Counted from the stretch's first letter, positions 20,299 through 29,438 are shown. The stretch is DNA of 32,000 bases from Rhodobacteraceae bacterium M385 (GCA_025141835.1 CP081102.1:2384230-2416229); one strand, 5' to 3'. Program-made: numbers and translations. Notes: generated by a model not told the origin, from the letters alone.

Positions 20299-21228
20299 AT
20301 GATCCTGTGCGCTGGCGAAGCCCTGATCGACATGCTGCCCCGTCAAACCGAGGCCCACGAGGCCGCCTTTGCGCCTTACCCCGGCGGCTCGGTTTTTAAC
20401 ACGGCAATTGCTCTCTCTCGTCTTGGGACGCAGACCGAGTTCTTTTCGGGCCTTTCTACCGACCTTTTCGGGGAACGCCTTGATGGGGTGTTGATGGCCA
20501 ACGGTGTCGGCAGCGCGCTGGCCCACCGCAACGACCGCCCCACAACGCTGGCCTTTGTGACGCTCACCGAAGGTCAGGCCAGCTACGCATTCTACGACGA
20601 AAACACCGCTGGAAGAATGCTGACAGAGGCCGACCTGCCCACCATCCCGGACGCGGCCAAAGCCTGCTTCTTTGGCGGTATCTCCCTTGCTGTGGAACCC
20701 TGCGCCGACGCCTACGCCGCGTTGATCCAACAAGCCCACACGCAAAACCGTGTCGTAATGATCGACCCCAACATCCGTCCCGGCTTCATCGCCGATGAGG
20801 ACCGCTTCCGCGCCCGGCTCGATCAAATTCTGGCCCATTCCGATATTATCAAAGCCTCCGACGAGGATCTCCGTTGGCTTCTCGGGGACCATTCCCTACC
20901 GGTTCTGGCCGAGCAACTGCGCGCCAAAGGCCCTTCCATCGTGCTCATCACCCAAGGCTCCGACGGTGTCACCGCCTTCTATGATGGCGGCGACATCCAC
21001 GTCGATGCCAACAAGGTTCAGGTCGTGGACACAGTGGGCGCGGGCGACACATTCAACGCGGGCGTTCTGGCCGGGCTTGATGATGCGGGAGCGTTGGATA
21101 AAGACAAGATCGTCAGTGGGTTGGACGAAGATACCCTTCGGGCCGCGCTGACCCTTGGGGTGCGGGCCTCGGCTGTCACCGTCACCCGTGCGGGCGCCAA
21201 TCCCCCGCGCCGGGATGAGCTTTTGTGA
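20299..21228 (+). CDS. PfkB-family carbohydrate kinase (fructokinase-like)
   Basis: N-terminal [12 protein letters not shown]. PfkB signature [17 protein letters not shown]. Confidence 0.85.
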   Translation: MILCAGEALIDMLPRQTEAHEAAFAPYPGGSVFNTAIALSRLGTQTEFFSGLSTDLFGERLDGVLMANGVGSALAHRNDRPTTLAFVTLTEGQASYAFYDENTAGRMLTEADLPTIPDAAKACFFGGISLAVEPCADAYAALIQQAHTQNRVVMIDPNIRPGFIADEDRFRARLDQILAHSDIIKASDEDLRWLLGDHSLPVLAEQLRAKGPSIVLITQGSDGVTAFYDGGDIHVDANKVQVVDTVGAGDTFNAGVLAGLDDAGALDKDKIVSGLDEDTLRAALTLGVRASAVTVTRAGANPPRRDELL

Positions 21229-21668
21229 GAGCGCTTCTTCAGCGCGTCCATGAAGCGCGGGTCGAGGTGGACGGCGCAGTGGTCGGCCAAACCGGTCCCG
21301 GTCTGCTGATCCTGCTTTGCGCCATGGAAGGCGACACGCAGGCCGACGCCGAAAAACTGGTGACCAAGATTTCCAAGGTGCGGATATTCAAAGATGACGC
21401 GGGCAAAATGAATCGCTCGCTCATTGATGTGGGCGGCGGGGCGCTGGTTGTCAGCCAGTTCACGCTGGCCGCCGATACCTCCCGTGGGAACCGCCCCGGA
21501 TTTTCCGCCGCCGCCGCCCCGCAGGTCGGAGAGGCACTGTATCTGCACGCCGCCGAGTGTTTCCGCAGCCTCGGAATTGCCACGGAAACCGGCGTTTTCG
21601 GCGCGGATATGGACGTTCACCTGATCAACGACGGCCCCGTCACCATCTGGCTGGATACCGCCGCCTAA
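21225..21668 (+). CDS. dtd: D-aminoacyl-tRNA deacylase
   Basis: MRALLQRV..., SQFTL motif ([11 protein letters not shown]), [18 protein letters not shown]. The GTG start overlaps the kinase stop (GTGA). Confidence 0.92.
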   Translation: MRALLQRVHEARVEVDGAVVGQTGPGLLILLCAMEGDTQADAEKLVTKISKVRIFKDDAGKMNRSLIDVGGGALVVSQFTLAADTSRGNRPGFSAAAAPQVGEALYLHAAECFRSLGIATETGVFGADMDVHLINDGPVTIWLDTAA

Positions 21669-21669
21669 C

Positions 21670-22821
21670 CTACCGCGTTACGTCGTGATGATAGAGCCAG
21701 TTGAACCGATTGGTCACCGCGTGCGGGGCAAAACGCGCTGCCGCACGCAGGGCCGTATGGGCCGCAAACCGGTAGGGACCGGGGCGCAAATGGTAGTTGG
21801 TGGCATTGTCATTGGCCGCCTCCACGATCCTTGCGCAACGGGATTTGCGGGCCGCCTGATAGCTGTGCAGCGCAAGCCCCACATCGGCGATTCCCGCAAG
21901 GTTTTCGGCCAGAACCCATGCGTCTTCCAGCGCCATATTCGCCCCCTGGGCCAGAAACGGCAGGGTTGGATGCGCGGCATCGCCAAGCAGAACCAAGGGG
22001 CCGTTGTACCATTGGCTAGCCACCGGGTGGCGGCACAGACCCCAAAGGTTCGGCGCCTCAACGTCGGCCAGTATATCTCTGATTTCAGGGCAGAAATCCG
22101 TGAACGCGGCGCGCAAGTTGCGCGGTGTGTCGGTCAGGTCCCAATCCTCTGCCGCCCAAGCGTCGCGTTCTTCCACCGCGACGATATTGGTCAGCGCACC
22201 GCCGCGCAGTGGGTAGCGCACCAAATGCCGGCCCGGTCCCATGAAGACATGAGCCTCTGGTGGTAGCGCCTCTGTAGGGACCAGCGCGCGCCACGCCACT
22301 TGCCCGGTAAAAAACGGCCTTGAGCGCGGGTTGAGGTGCGCGCGTCCCGCCGAGTGCAGACCATCGGCGGCAATGGTCAGCCCATGAACTTCTGTCGTGC
22401 CATCGGCAAGGGTCAGATGAACCTCATGTTCTTCGGCCACGACTTGCGTGACCTGAACACCAAGGCGCACCTGTACGCCCGCATCCATCGCGGCGCTTTG
22501 CAAGGCGTCAATCAGATCGGCGCGATGGACGAAATGAAACGGATCGCGCAGGGGCATCCGGAACACCTCTGCCCCGTGGCGGAAGTCCCGCAGGCAAACC
22601 GCCTCACCTTTCGTGGCGGTTGTGGCCAGACCATCGGCCAGCCCCAACGCCTTCAACACGACCCAACCGTTGGGCGAAATCTGTAACCCTGCGCCAACCT
22701 CGGCAATGGTTTCAGCCCGTTCCAATACTGTGACCGAGGCTCCGTGACGCGCGCAAGCTAAAGCCGCTGCAAACCCGCCAATGCCGCCGCCAATCACCGT
22801 AATCCGTTTGCCAATCAACAT
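21670..22821 (-). CDS. FAD-dependent aromatic-ring monooxygenase (salicylate hydroxylase/UbiH-like)
   Basis: ATG 22821 gives MLIGKRITVIGGGIGGFAAALA (GxGxxG within the first 20 aa). GDAAHPTLPFLAQGANMALEDA motif. The track start 22875 would translate through the dksA terminator hairpin. Confidence 0.85.
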   Translation of the reverse strand: MLIGKRITVIGGGIGGFAAALACARHGASVTVLERAETIAEVGAGLQISPNGWVVLKALGLADGLATTATKGEAVCLRDFRHGAEVFRMPLRDPFHFVHRADLIDALQSAAMDAGVQVRLGVQVTQVVAEEHEVHLTLADGTTEVHGLTIAADGLHSAGRAHLNPRSRPFFTGQVAWRALVPTEALPPEAHVFMGPGRHLVRYPLRGGALTNIVAVEERDAWAAEDWDLTDTPRNLRAAFTDFCPEIRDILADVEAPNLWGLCRHPVASQWYNGPLVLLGDAAHPTLPFLAQGANMALEDAWVLAENLAGIADVGLALHSYQAARKSRCARIVEAANDNATNYHLRPGPYRFAAHTALRAAARFAPHAVTNRFNWLYHHDVTR

Positions 22822-22835
22822 CGCACATCTCCCAA

Positions 22836-22863
22836 CAAAAAGGGCACCCGCGATGGGTGCCCC
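22836..22863 (-). terminator. Rho-independent terminator of dksA
   Basis: The minus strand reads GGGGCACCC-ATCGC-GGGTGCCC followed by TTTTTGTTG: an 8-bp GC stem, a 5-nt loop and a U-tract. Confidence 0.75.
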
Positions 22864-22905
22864 TTTCAATTCCAAAACGCCAAGCGGCCAGCTGTCGCGG
22901 CCATC

Positions 22906-23328
22906 TTAGTCGTCGCGGTGCACTTTTTCGCGGCGCTCGTGCCGTTCTTGTGCTTCAAGGCTCATCGTGGCGATAGGCCGTGCATCCAACCGCTTGAGCG
23001 AAATCGGCTCACCGGTCACTTCACAATACCCAAACTCGCCCTCTTCCACGCGCCGCAGCGCCTGGTCGATCTTAGCGATCAGTTTGCGTTGACGATCGCG
23101 CGTGCGCAGTTCCAGCGCCCGATCGGTTTCTTCAGACGCGCGGTCAGCCACATCAGGAATATTGCGTGTTCCGTCTTGCAGCGTTGTCACCGTTGAGCGG
23201 CTCTCGTCGAGCAGGTCATCGCGCCAGTTCAATAGCTTCCGGCGGAAATATTCCACCTGACGTTCATTCATAAATGGCTCGTCCTCGGCAGGACGATAGT
23301 CATCGGGTAAAAAAACTTCTGCTTTCAT
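22906..23328 (-). CDS. dksA: RNA polymerase-binding transcription factor DksA (Cys-poor, non-zinc-finger type)
   Basis: ATG 23328 with strong RBS GAGGGGAG. Coiled-coil tip motif DVADRA (DxxDxA). C-terminal region GYCEVTGEPISLKRLDARPIATMS has only one Cys where the C4 finger normally sits. Confidence 0.9.
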   Translation of the reverse strand: MKAEVFLPDDYRPAEDEPFMNERQVEYFRRKLLNWRDDLLDESRSTVTTLQDGTRNIPDVADRASEETDRALELRTRDRQRKLIAKIDQALRRVEEGEFGYCEVTGEPISLKRLDARPIATMSLEAQERHERREKVHRDD

Positions 23329-23491
23329 ATCGCTCCCCTCGATGGGGTTCTTTTCAACCATGGTGTCTAACCTCCGCCAGTCCATGTATCCCCGTGGCGG
23401 TCGATTACACCCGCAAAGGTGGCTTGTCACCTAGATAGTGTGTGAGGTAGCCAATTTATAAACCACCCCTGCCCGGTTGAGAGGAAACACC

Positions 23492-24334
23492 TTGTTAAGA
23501 TTTGACGGCACCGCCGACTATGTTGCGACCCAAGACCTGACCGTAGCCGTGAACGCCGCTGTAGCGCTGGAACGGCCGCTTTTGGTGAAGGGCGAGCCGG
23601 GCACCGGAAAGACAGAATTGGCCCGCCAAGTGGCCAGCGCGTTGGATCTTCCGATCATCGAATGGCACATCAAATCCACCACTCGGGCGCAGCAGGGTCT
23701 TTATGAGTATGACGCTGTCTCTCGCCTGCGCGACAGCCAATTGGGCGAAGAACGTGTCCACGATGTTGCCAATTACATTCGCAAGGGGAAGCTCTGGCAA
23801 GCCTTTGAACGCACTGACAAATGTGTTCTACTGATTGATGAGATCGACAAGGCGGACATCGAGTTTCCAAATGATCTTCTACAAGAACTCGATAGGATGG
23901 AGTTCTTCGTCTACGAGACCGGTGAAACCGTTAAGGCCATCGTGCGGCCCATCGTTATCATCACCTCGAACAACGAAAAAGAACTTCCCGATGCGTTTTT
24001 GCGCCGGTGTTTTTTCCATTACATCCGCTTCCCTGAAATCGAGGTGATGAAGAAGATCGTAGAGGTTCACCACCCCGGCATCAAACCCGCCCTTCTGACC
24101 ACCGCTTTGACCCAATTCTACGAGATCCGCGATCAGCAAGGTTTGAAGAAAAAGCCTTCTACTTCTGAAGTGCTTGATTGGCTGAAATTGTTGCTCGCCG
24201 AGGATTTGCAGCCCGAAGATTTGCGCCGCGATGGTGCCTCGGCCTTGCCGAAGCTGCATGGGGCATTGCTGAAGAATGAACAGGACGTTACGCTGTTTGA
24301 AAGGCTTGCATTTATGGCGCGTGGGCAACGGTAG
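23492..24334 (+). CDS. MoxR-class AAA+ ATPase
   Basis: Walker A GEPGTGKT, Walker B LLIDEIDKA, sensor region ITSNNEKELPDAFLRRC. The start is probably TTG 23492 (RBS GAGAGG 7 nt upstream) rather than the track start 23477. Confidence 0.88.
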   Translation: MLRFDGTADYVATQDLTVAVNAAVALERPLLVKGEPGTGKTELARQVASALDLPIIEWHIKSTTRAQQGLYEYDAVSRLRDSQLGEERVHDVANYIRKGKLWQAFERTDKCVLLIDEIDKADIEFPNDLLQELDRMEFFVYETGETVKAIVRPIVIITSNNEKELPDAFLRRCFFHYIRFPEIEVMKKIVEVHHPGIKPALLTTALTQFYEIRDQQGLKKKPSTSEVLDWLKLLLAEDLQPEDLRRDGASALPKLHGALLKNEQDVTLFERLAFMARGQR

Positions 24335-24406
24335 GCGGGCATTCGCCGCTATTGTTTCGCGATTGCCTTTAAGGCTGCCTGATTCCTGCCATAATCGCGG
24401 GGCAAT

Positions 24407-24898
24407 TTGCGCGCAAAGCACCACTCTCAGGTTAAGGCAGACCCCCATTTGACCGCTTCATTCTACATTCGCCCCCTGCGGGCAGCGGACCGAACGTCTT
24501 GGAGCGTTTTGTGGCGTGGCTACCTTGATTTTTATGGGGCAAATGTCGCCGACGACCATGATGACTTGCTTTTTTCGCGCCTGATCGACGCGGAACGGGC
24601 AGACCTGCAAGGCTGGGTCGCAGAACAAGATGGCAAACTGGTGGGATTCGTTCATATCGTTGTCCACAGCCATTCTTGGCGGGCCGAGCAGGTCACTTAT
24701 CTGCAAGACCTCTTTGCCGCTCCGCAATCACGTGGCACCGGGTTGGGACGGGCGCTGATTGAAACGGTCTACGCCGATGCCGATGCCAAAGGGCGCGGCA
24801 CCGTCTACTGGATGACCCAGACGTCTAACACCACCGCGCGCACGCTTTATGATCGCATAGCGCAACCTACTGATTTTATGAAATACTCTCGAACCTGA
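24407..24898 (+). CDS. GNAT-family N-acetyltransferase
   Basis: Acetyl-CoA-binding motif QSRGTGLGRALIE. The start is ambiguous (TTG 24407 or in-frame TTG 24449). Confidence 0.8.
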   Translation: MRAKHHSQVKADPHLTASFYIRPLRAADRTSWSVLWRGYLDFYGANVADDHDDLLFSRLIDAERADLQGWVAEQDGKLVGFVHIVVHSHSWRAEQVTYLQDLFAAPQSRGTGLGRALIETVYADADAKGRGTVYWMTQTSNTTARTLYDRIAQPTDFMKYSRT

Positions 24899-24909
24899 AA
24901 GCCACGTAT

Positions 24910-26277
24910 TTGTTCCGTTTTCTGACCCTTTCGGCCCCCCTCTTCGCCCTCGCCCTTTCGGCCTGCGCGCCCTCGACCGCCACGGACGTTCCGGCCCGTG
25001 GGGCGTCGGCGGCACCTGCGACCCTGCCCGCGATGAACACCTTTGGCAGCCCCCGCGTGGCGTCACCGTCAAGGTCCAACACCTCTATCGCGGCAGATTT
25101 CCTTGATCTGACGTTCCAGATGGAATCGGGCCGTGTCATTGACCGGATGAGCCGTTTTGAAGGCCCGATCACCGTTGCGGTGACCTCTGGCGCGCCTGCC
25201 TCGTTGAACGCGGACCTCGATCAGCTGCTTAGCAGGCTCCGGACTGAGGCCGGGATCGACATTTCCCGCAGCTCCAGCGCCACGGCCTCCATCACGATCG
25301 AGACTATGCCCCGTGCCCGAATGCAACGTGTGGTGCCGCAAGCCGCGTGTTTCGTGGTGCCGCGGGTTAGCTCCTGGTCCGAGTTCCGCCGCGCCCGTTC
25401 GGGCCGCACGCTGGATTGGACGACCCTGGACACCCGCGAGCGGGTCGCCGTTTTCATCCCCTCCGACGTGTCTCCGCAAGAGGTGCGCGATTGTTTGCAC
25501 GAAGAAATCGCCCAAGCCCTCGGGCCGCTGAACGACCTCTACCGCCTGTCGGATTCGGTCTTCAACGACGACAATTTCAATGCTGTCTTGACCGGCTTCG
25601 ATATGCTGATCCTGCGCACGTATTACGATGGGGCGCTCCGCTCTGGCATGACGCGCGGTCAGGTTGCCGCCGCCTTGCCCGGCATTTTGGCCCGCAACAA
25701 CCCGCGCGGCGGATCGGTTGCGGGGGGCCAAGGATCAGAGACGCCACGCGCGTGGATCACCGCGATTGAAGCAGCCCTTGGGCCGGGTTCGTCGGACGAG
25801 GCACGTATCACGGCGGCGGAGCGCGCCCTTCGCATGGCACAGCAACGCCAATGGACCGACACGCGCCTTGCCTTTAGCTACTTCGCCTTGGGCCGTTTAA
25901 CCCTGTCGCGCGATGTGGAGACCTCGATCCAAGCCTTTCAATCGGCCTCGACCATCTTTGAAAGGGTCGCCCCCGGTGGCATCCAATCGGCCCATGTAGA
26001 CATGCAATTGGCCGCCTTCGCGCTGTCCGCAGGCCGCACGACCGAGGCGTTGCGCCTTACCGAACGCGCCATGCCCGCTGCCACTCAGGCGCAGAACGCC
26101 TCGCTTCTTTCGACGCTTCTGATGATCCGCGCCGAGGCGCTGGACGACACCGGCCGCGCTTCGGAGGCCCGTAGCGTTCGGCTTGATAGCCTCGCTTGGG
26201 GCCGCTATGGCTTCGGCTCGAATGCAGCCGTCAGCGCACGGCTGACCGAGGTCGCGGCATTGTCGCCCGGCAGGTAA
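24910..26277 (+). CDS. Lipoprotein, DUF2927-like N-terminal domain plus a helical-repeat (TPR-like) C-terminal region
   Basis: TTG start. Lipobox in MFRFLTLSAPLFALALSAC. Core FLDLTFQMESGRVIDRMSRFEGPITVAV...CLHEEIAQALGPLND resembles what I recall of Rhodobacterales DUF2927 proteins. Confidence 0.75.
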   Translation: MFRFLTLSAPLFALALSACAPSTATDVPARGASAAPATLPAMNTFGSPRVASPSRSNTSIAADFLDLTFQMESGRVIDRMSRFEGPITVAVTSGAPASLNADLDQLLSRLRTEAGIDISRSSSATASITIETMPRARMQRVVPQAACFVVPRVSSWSEFRRARSGRTLDWTTLDTRERVAVFIPSDVSPQEVRDCLHEEIAQALGPLNDLYRLSDSVFNDDNFNAVLTGFDMLILRTYYDGALRSGMTRGQVAAALPGILARNNPRGGSVAGGQGSETPRAWITAIEAALGPGSSDEARITAAERALRMAQQRQWTDTRLAFSYFALGRLTLSRDVETSIQAFQSASTIFERVAPGGIQSAHVDMQLAAFALSAGRTTEALRLTERAMPAATQAQNASLLSTLLMIRAEALDDTGRASEARSVRLDSLAWGRYGFGSNAAVSARLTEVAALSPGR

Positions 26278-26300
26278 ACAGGCCAAAGGCAGGACACCCC

Positions 26301-26465
26301 ATGCTGAACTTCATTGGCGCCGCTTTGGGCGCAGTTATCGGCGTATTTCTGGCCCGACGCAAAGGCGGCAACGCGGCCGACATGGCGCAATATGGCGCGG
26401 TGATTGCGATCATCGGTTTTCTGATCGGCACCCTTCTTATGCTTGTGGTCCCTGCCCCCCAGTAG
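26301..26465 (+). CDS. Small two-TM membrane protein, 54 aa
   Basis: ATG 26301 (RBS AAAGGCAGGA). MLNFIGAALGAVIGVFLARRKGGNAADMAQYGAVIAIIGFLIGTLLMLVVPAPQ. The track start 26196 overlaps the upstream lipoprotein gene. Confidence 0.6.
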   Translation: MLNFIGAALGAVIGVFLARRKGGNAADMAQYGAVIAIIGFLIGTLLMLVVPAPQ

Positions 26466-26478
26466 CTAGGCTACGCCC

Positions 26479-27663
26479 ATGTTTTTGCCCTTCTTCCAAA
26501 CCCTACGCGCCGCCCGCATCCCGGTTTCCCTGCGCGAATACCTCGCGTTTCTGGAAGGCGTCTCTGCGGGGCTGGTGACCTACGATATCGACGGGTTCTA
26601 CTACCTCGCCCGCGCGGCGATGGTGAAGGATGAACGGCATTTGGACCGCTTTGACCAAGCCTTCGCCCACGCCTTTTCCGGGCTGGAAGCGATAAGTGCA
26701 GAAGATGTGCTGGAAGCCACTGAAATCCCGCAGGAGTGGCTAGATAAGCTGGCCGAGAAGCACCTGTCCGAGGAAGAACGCGCCGAGATTGAAGCGTTAG
26801 GCGGCTTCGACAAACTGATGGAGACCCTGCGCGAACGCCTGAAGGAACAGGAAAAGCGCCACCAAGGCGGCTCTAAATGGATCGGCACGGCGGGCACATC
26901 CCCTTTCGGGGCCTATGGCTACAACCCGGAAGGCGTGCGCATTGGGCAGCACGAAAGCCGCCACCGCAAAGCGGTGAAGGTCTGGGACAAGCGCGATTTC
27001 AAGAACTTGGACGGCGACGTGGAACTGGGCACGCGCAACATCAAAGTCGCGCTCAAACGGCTGCGGCAATGGGCGCGGAATGGCGCAGCAGAGGAGCTGG
27101 ACCTTGACGGGACCATCCGCGCCACGGCTGAAAACGGCTATCTGGACGTGAAAACCCGGCCCGAGCGGCGCAATGCTGTAAAGGTGATCCTGTTTCTGGA
27201 TGTGGGCGGGTCGATGGATGACCATGTGAAAGTGGTGGAGGAATTGTTCAGCGCCGCGAAGGCCGAATTCAAGCACCTCGAATACTACTACTTCCACAAT
27301 TGCCTGTATGAAAACGTCTGGCGCGACAACCGTAGGCGCTGGACAGAGACAATCCCGACCTTCGAGGTGATGAACACCTACGGCTCTGACTATAAATGTA
27401 TTTTCGTGGGTGACGCTGCCATGTCCCCCTACGAGATCGCCTTTGCGGGTGGCGCGAATGAGCATTGGAATGAGGAACCGGGCAGCACGTGGTTGCAGCG
27501 GGCCCGCACCCAATGGCCGGACCATATGTGGATCAATCCAACGCCCGAACGGCACTGGCGCTACACCCAATCAACCCAGATGATTGATGAGATATTCGAG
27601 GGGCGTATGGTCCCCATGACTCTTGAGGGCATCGACCGGGGTATGCGGGAATTGGGCCGTTGA
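26479..27663 (+). CDS. VWA-domain protein (CoxE-like), presumed partner of the MoxR ATPase
   Basis: N-terminal MFLPFFQTLRAARIPVSLREYLAFLEG, as I recall for the MoxR-associated VWA family. MIDAS-like ILFLDVGGSMDDH. Confidence 0.85.
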   Translation: MFLPFFQTLRAARIPVSLREYLAFLEGVSAGLVTYDIDGFYYLARAAMVKDERHLDRFDQAFAHAFSGLEAISAEDVLEATEIPQEWLDKLAEKHLSEEERAEIEALGGFDKLMETLRERLKEQEKRHQGGSKWIGTAGTSPFGAYGYNPEGVRIGQHESRHRKAVKVWDKRDFKNLDGDVELGTRNIKVALKRLRQWARNGAAEELDLDGTIRATAENGYLDVKTRPERRNAVKVILFLDVGGSMDDHVKVVEELFSAAKAEFKHLEYYYFHNCLYENVWRDNRRRWTETIPTFEVMNTYGSDYKCIFVGDAAMSPYEIAFAGGANEHWNEEPGSTWLQRARTQWPDHMWINPTPERHWRYTQSTQMIDEIFEGRMVPMTLEGIDRGMRELGR

Positions 27664-28010
27664 TCGCGCGCCTTCGCGCCGCTTGGACCAAGGCACCGTT
27701 GTTGATGACCGCCTTCACCTTGGCGCTGCTTACGACGCTGTTCTTTGGCGTGAATGCCGCGCGAGAGGCGATCTATTGGGCCGATCCGCGTCATGTGGAA
27801 CAACCCATCGCAGGCTGGATGACACCCGGCTACGTCGGCATGTCATGGAGCGTTCCAAGGGACTTCATGCGCGACGCCCTGAACCTGACCGAAGCCGACC
27901 GGGGACCGATCCGGCTGCAAGACCTCGCCGATCAACGCGGTGTGCCTCTGTCAGACATCATTGCCCAGATCAACACGGCAATCGCGGCCCATCGGGCGTC
28001 TGGCCAATGA
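27660..28010 (+). CDS. Membrane-anchored hypothetical protein, 116 aa
   Basis: The TTG start overlaps the VWA stop (TTGA). N-terminal TM LLMTAFTLALLTTLFFGV and a protein-like soluble domain. The alternative frame (track ORF 27623..) is Arg-rich junk across this stretch. Confidence 0.65.
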   Translation: MIARLRAAWTKAPLLMTAFTLALLTTLFFGVNAAREAIYWADPRHVEQPIAGWMTPGYVGMSWSVPRDFMRDALNLTEADRGPIRLQDLADQRGVPLSDIIAQINTAIAAHRASGQ

Positions 28011-28600
28011 CCGAAACCGCCCTTGCGCTTGTGGCTTCTTACGGGGCGATAATTGTCGCACTTTGTGCTTTCTTTTCCTGCCTGCTGGTGCCGATCCCGA
28101 CCTCGATCGTGATGCTGTCGGCGGGTGCCTTTGTGGCGGCAGGCGATCTGGAGGCGGCGCAGCTATGGCTTGCGGCGTGGGCCGCGGCAGTGTTGGGCGA
28201 CAACACGGGCTACCTTTTGGGGCGCACCAGCGGAGCCGCGCTTTTGGCGCGTTTGGGCCGAAGCCCTTCCCGAGGCAAAGTGATTACCAAAGCGCAAGAA
28301 ACCCTGCGCCAGAAGGCCGGGCTTGGGGTTTTCTTCTCGACCTGGTTGTTCGCGCCACTGGGGCCTTACGTTAATATCGTGGCAGGCTCGGTTCGGATGC
28401 GCTGGCCCCGCTTCTTGTTGTGGGATGCGGCGGGAGAGGCGATTTGGGTCAGCTTCTATCTGGGCCTCGGCTACCTGTTTGGGGACCGGGTGGAAGACCT
28501 TGCGACCCTTCTTAGCAACGCGACGGGCTTTCTGGTGGCGGGCTTGGTGACGGTGGGTTTGGGCGTGGCCCTTGTACGCCGGATAAGGGCCACTTCTTAG
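28007..28600 (+). CDS. DedA/VTT-family membrane protein
   Basis: ATG 28007 overlaps the upstream stop (ATGA). MTETALALVASYGAIIVALCAFFSCLLVPIP... with the DedA-type LGDNTGYLLGR motif. Confidence 0.85.
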   Translation: MTETALALVASYGAIIVALCAFFSCLLVPIPTSIVMLSAGAFVAAGDLEAAQLWLAAWAAAVLGDNTGYLLGRTSGAALLARLGRSPSRGKVITKAQETLRQKAGLGVFFSTWLFAPLGPYVNIVAGSVRMRWPRFLLWDAAGEAIWVSFYLGLGYLFGDRVEDLATLLSNATGFLVAGLVTVGLGVALVRRIRATS

Positions 28601-28651
28601 CCCGTGGCATTTGCCATTGCCGCACCGAGCCGCGCGCCCCATATCTAGGAT

Positions 28652-29350
28652 ATGTTGAAACTGACCCCTATCCTTATTGCCGTGGGTTACGGCCTTGTGA
28701 GCTACATGTTCTCGGCCTGGCGCACCAATCGCGACCTTGATGCACGCTCGACCGAGTTGGCCGACGCCCGGTTGCGAGAAATTACTGAGAAGTTTGCGAA
28801 GGTTCTGGGCGTCGATAGCATCCGCGTGAACGTCTACGAGGTGGATGCAGTCAACGGTTTGGCTGCCCCCGATGGACGGATTTTTCTGACACGCGGGTTC
28901 TACAACCGCTACCGCGCAGGTGAGGTTACGGCAGAGGAGTTGGCCAGCGTGATTGCCCATGAGTTGGGACATGTCGCCTTGGGCCACACACGGCGGCGAA
29001 TGATTGACTTTTCGGGGCAAAATGCGGTGCGAGCGGTGTTGGCGGGTGTTCTGGGGCGGTTCATTCCCGGCATTGGTCCGATGATTGGCAACGCGGTGGG
29101 CGCATTATTGGCGGCGCGGTTGAGCCGTCAGGACGAGTATGAAGCAGACGCGTATGCCACGTCCTTGATGGTTTCAGCAGGGCTTGGGGCAGCGCCGCAG
29201 AAAGCGTTGTTCGAGAAGCTCGAGCATCTGGCGGGATTGAAGGGCGGTGGCGCGCCAGCATGGTTAATGAGCCACCCCAAAACAGCAGAACGGATCGCGG
29301 CGATTGAAGCGATGGAAGCTCGGTGGCGGTCCGAATTGCCATCGGAGTGA
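28652..29350 (+). CDS. M48-family zinc metallopeptidase, membrane-anchored
   Basis: N-terminal TM, HExxH in VIAHELGHVALGH, downstream acidic EYEADAY. C-terminal SHPKTAERI is typical of M48. Confidence 0.88.
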   Translation: MLKLTPILIAVGYGLVSYMFSAWRTNRDLDARSTELADARLREITEKFAKVLGVDSIRVNVYEVDAVNGLAAPDGRIFLTRGFYNRYRAGEVTAEELASVIAHELGHVALGHTRRRMIDFSGQNAVRAVLAGVLGRFIPGIGPMIGNAVGALLAARLSRQDEYEADAYATSLMVSAGLGAAPQKALFEKLEHLAGLKGGGAPAWLMSHPKTAERIAAIEAMEARWRSELPSE

Positions 29351-29370
29351 CGGGGGTGTTGGTTGGAAGG

Positions 29371-29408
29371 AAGGGGGCCAGCCCCCTTGGCACATCTAAA
29401 GATGCGCC
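29371..29408. terminator. Two adjacent hairpins between the convergent M48 and PIN genes (possible bidirectional terminator)
   Basis: AAGGGGG-CCAG-CCCCCTT (7 bp) at 29371-29388 and GGCACATC-TAAA-GATGCGCC (8 bp, one mismatch) at 29389-29408. No clean U-tract on either strand. Confidence 0.4.
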
Positions 29409-29438
29409 TACCCCCGCGATACTTTTGAAAAGATGAAG

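Noticed and set aside
20143-20892. 249-aa minus-strand ORF opposite the fructokinase gene
   Set aside because: The plus strand carries clear PfkB motifs. The minus-strand product has no recognisable features.
26797-27570. 257-aa minus-strand ORF opposite the VWA gene; similar cases at 28163..29020 (-), 30491..31228 (+), 9478..10164 (-), 17211..17873 (-) and 25069..25731 (-)
   Set aside because: All are antisense shadows of well-supported genes, typical of high-GC DNA. None has a recognisable motif.
27623-28006. N-terminal 128 aa of the 325-aa track ORF that ends as DedA
   Set aside because: This stretch is Arg/Pro-rich junk and overlaps the better 116-aa ORF in another frame. DedA starts at ATG 28007 with an ATGA overlap.
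28605-28620. Sigma-54-like promoter TGGCAT-N6-TTGC upstream of the M48 peptidase
   Set aside because: The GG-to-GC spacing is 11 nt, not the strict 10, and no enhancer-binding-protein gene is nearby. Probably a chance match.
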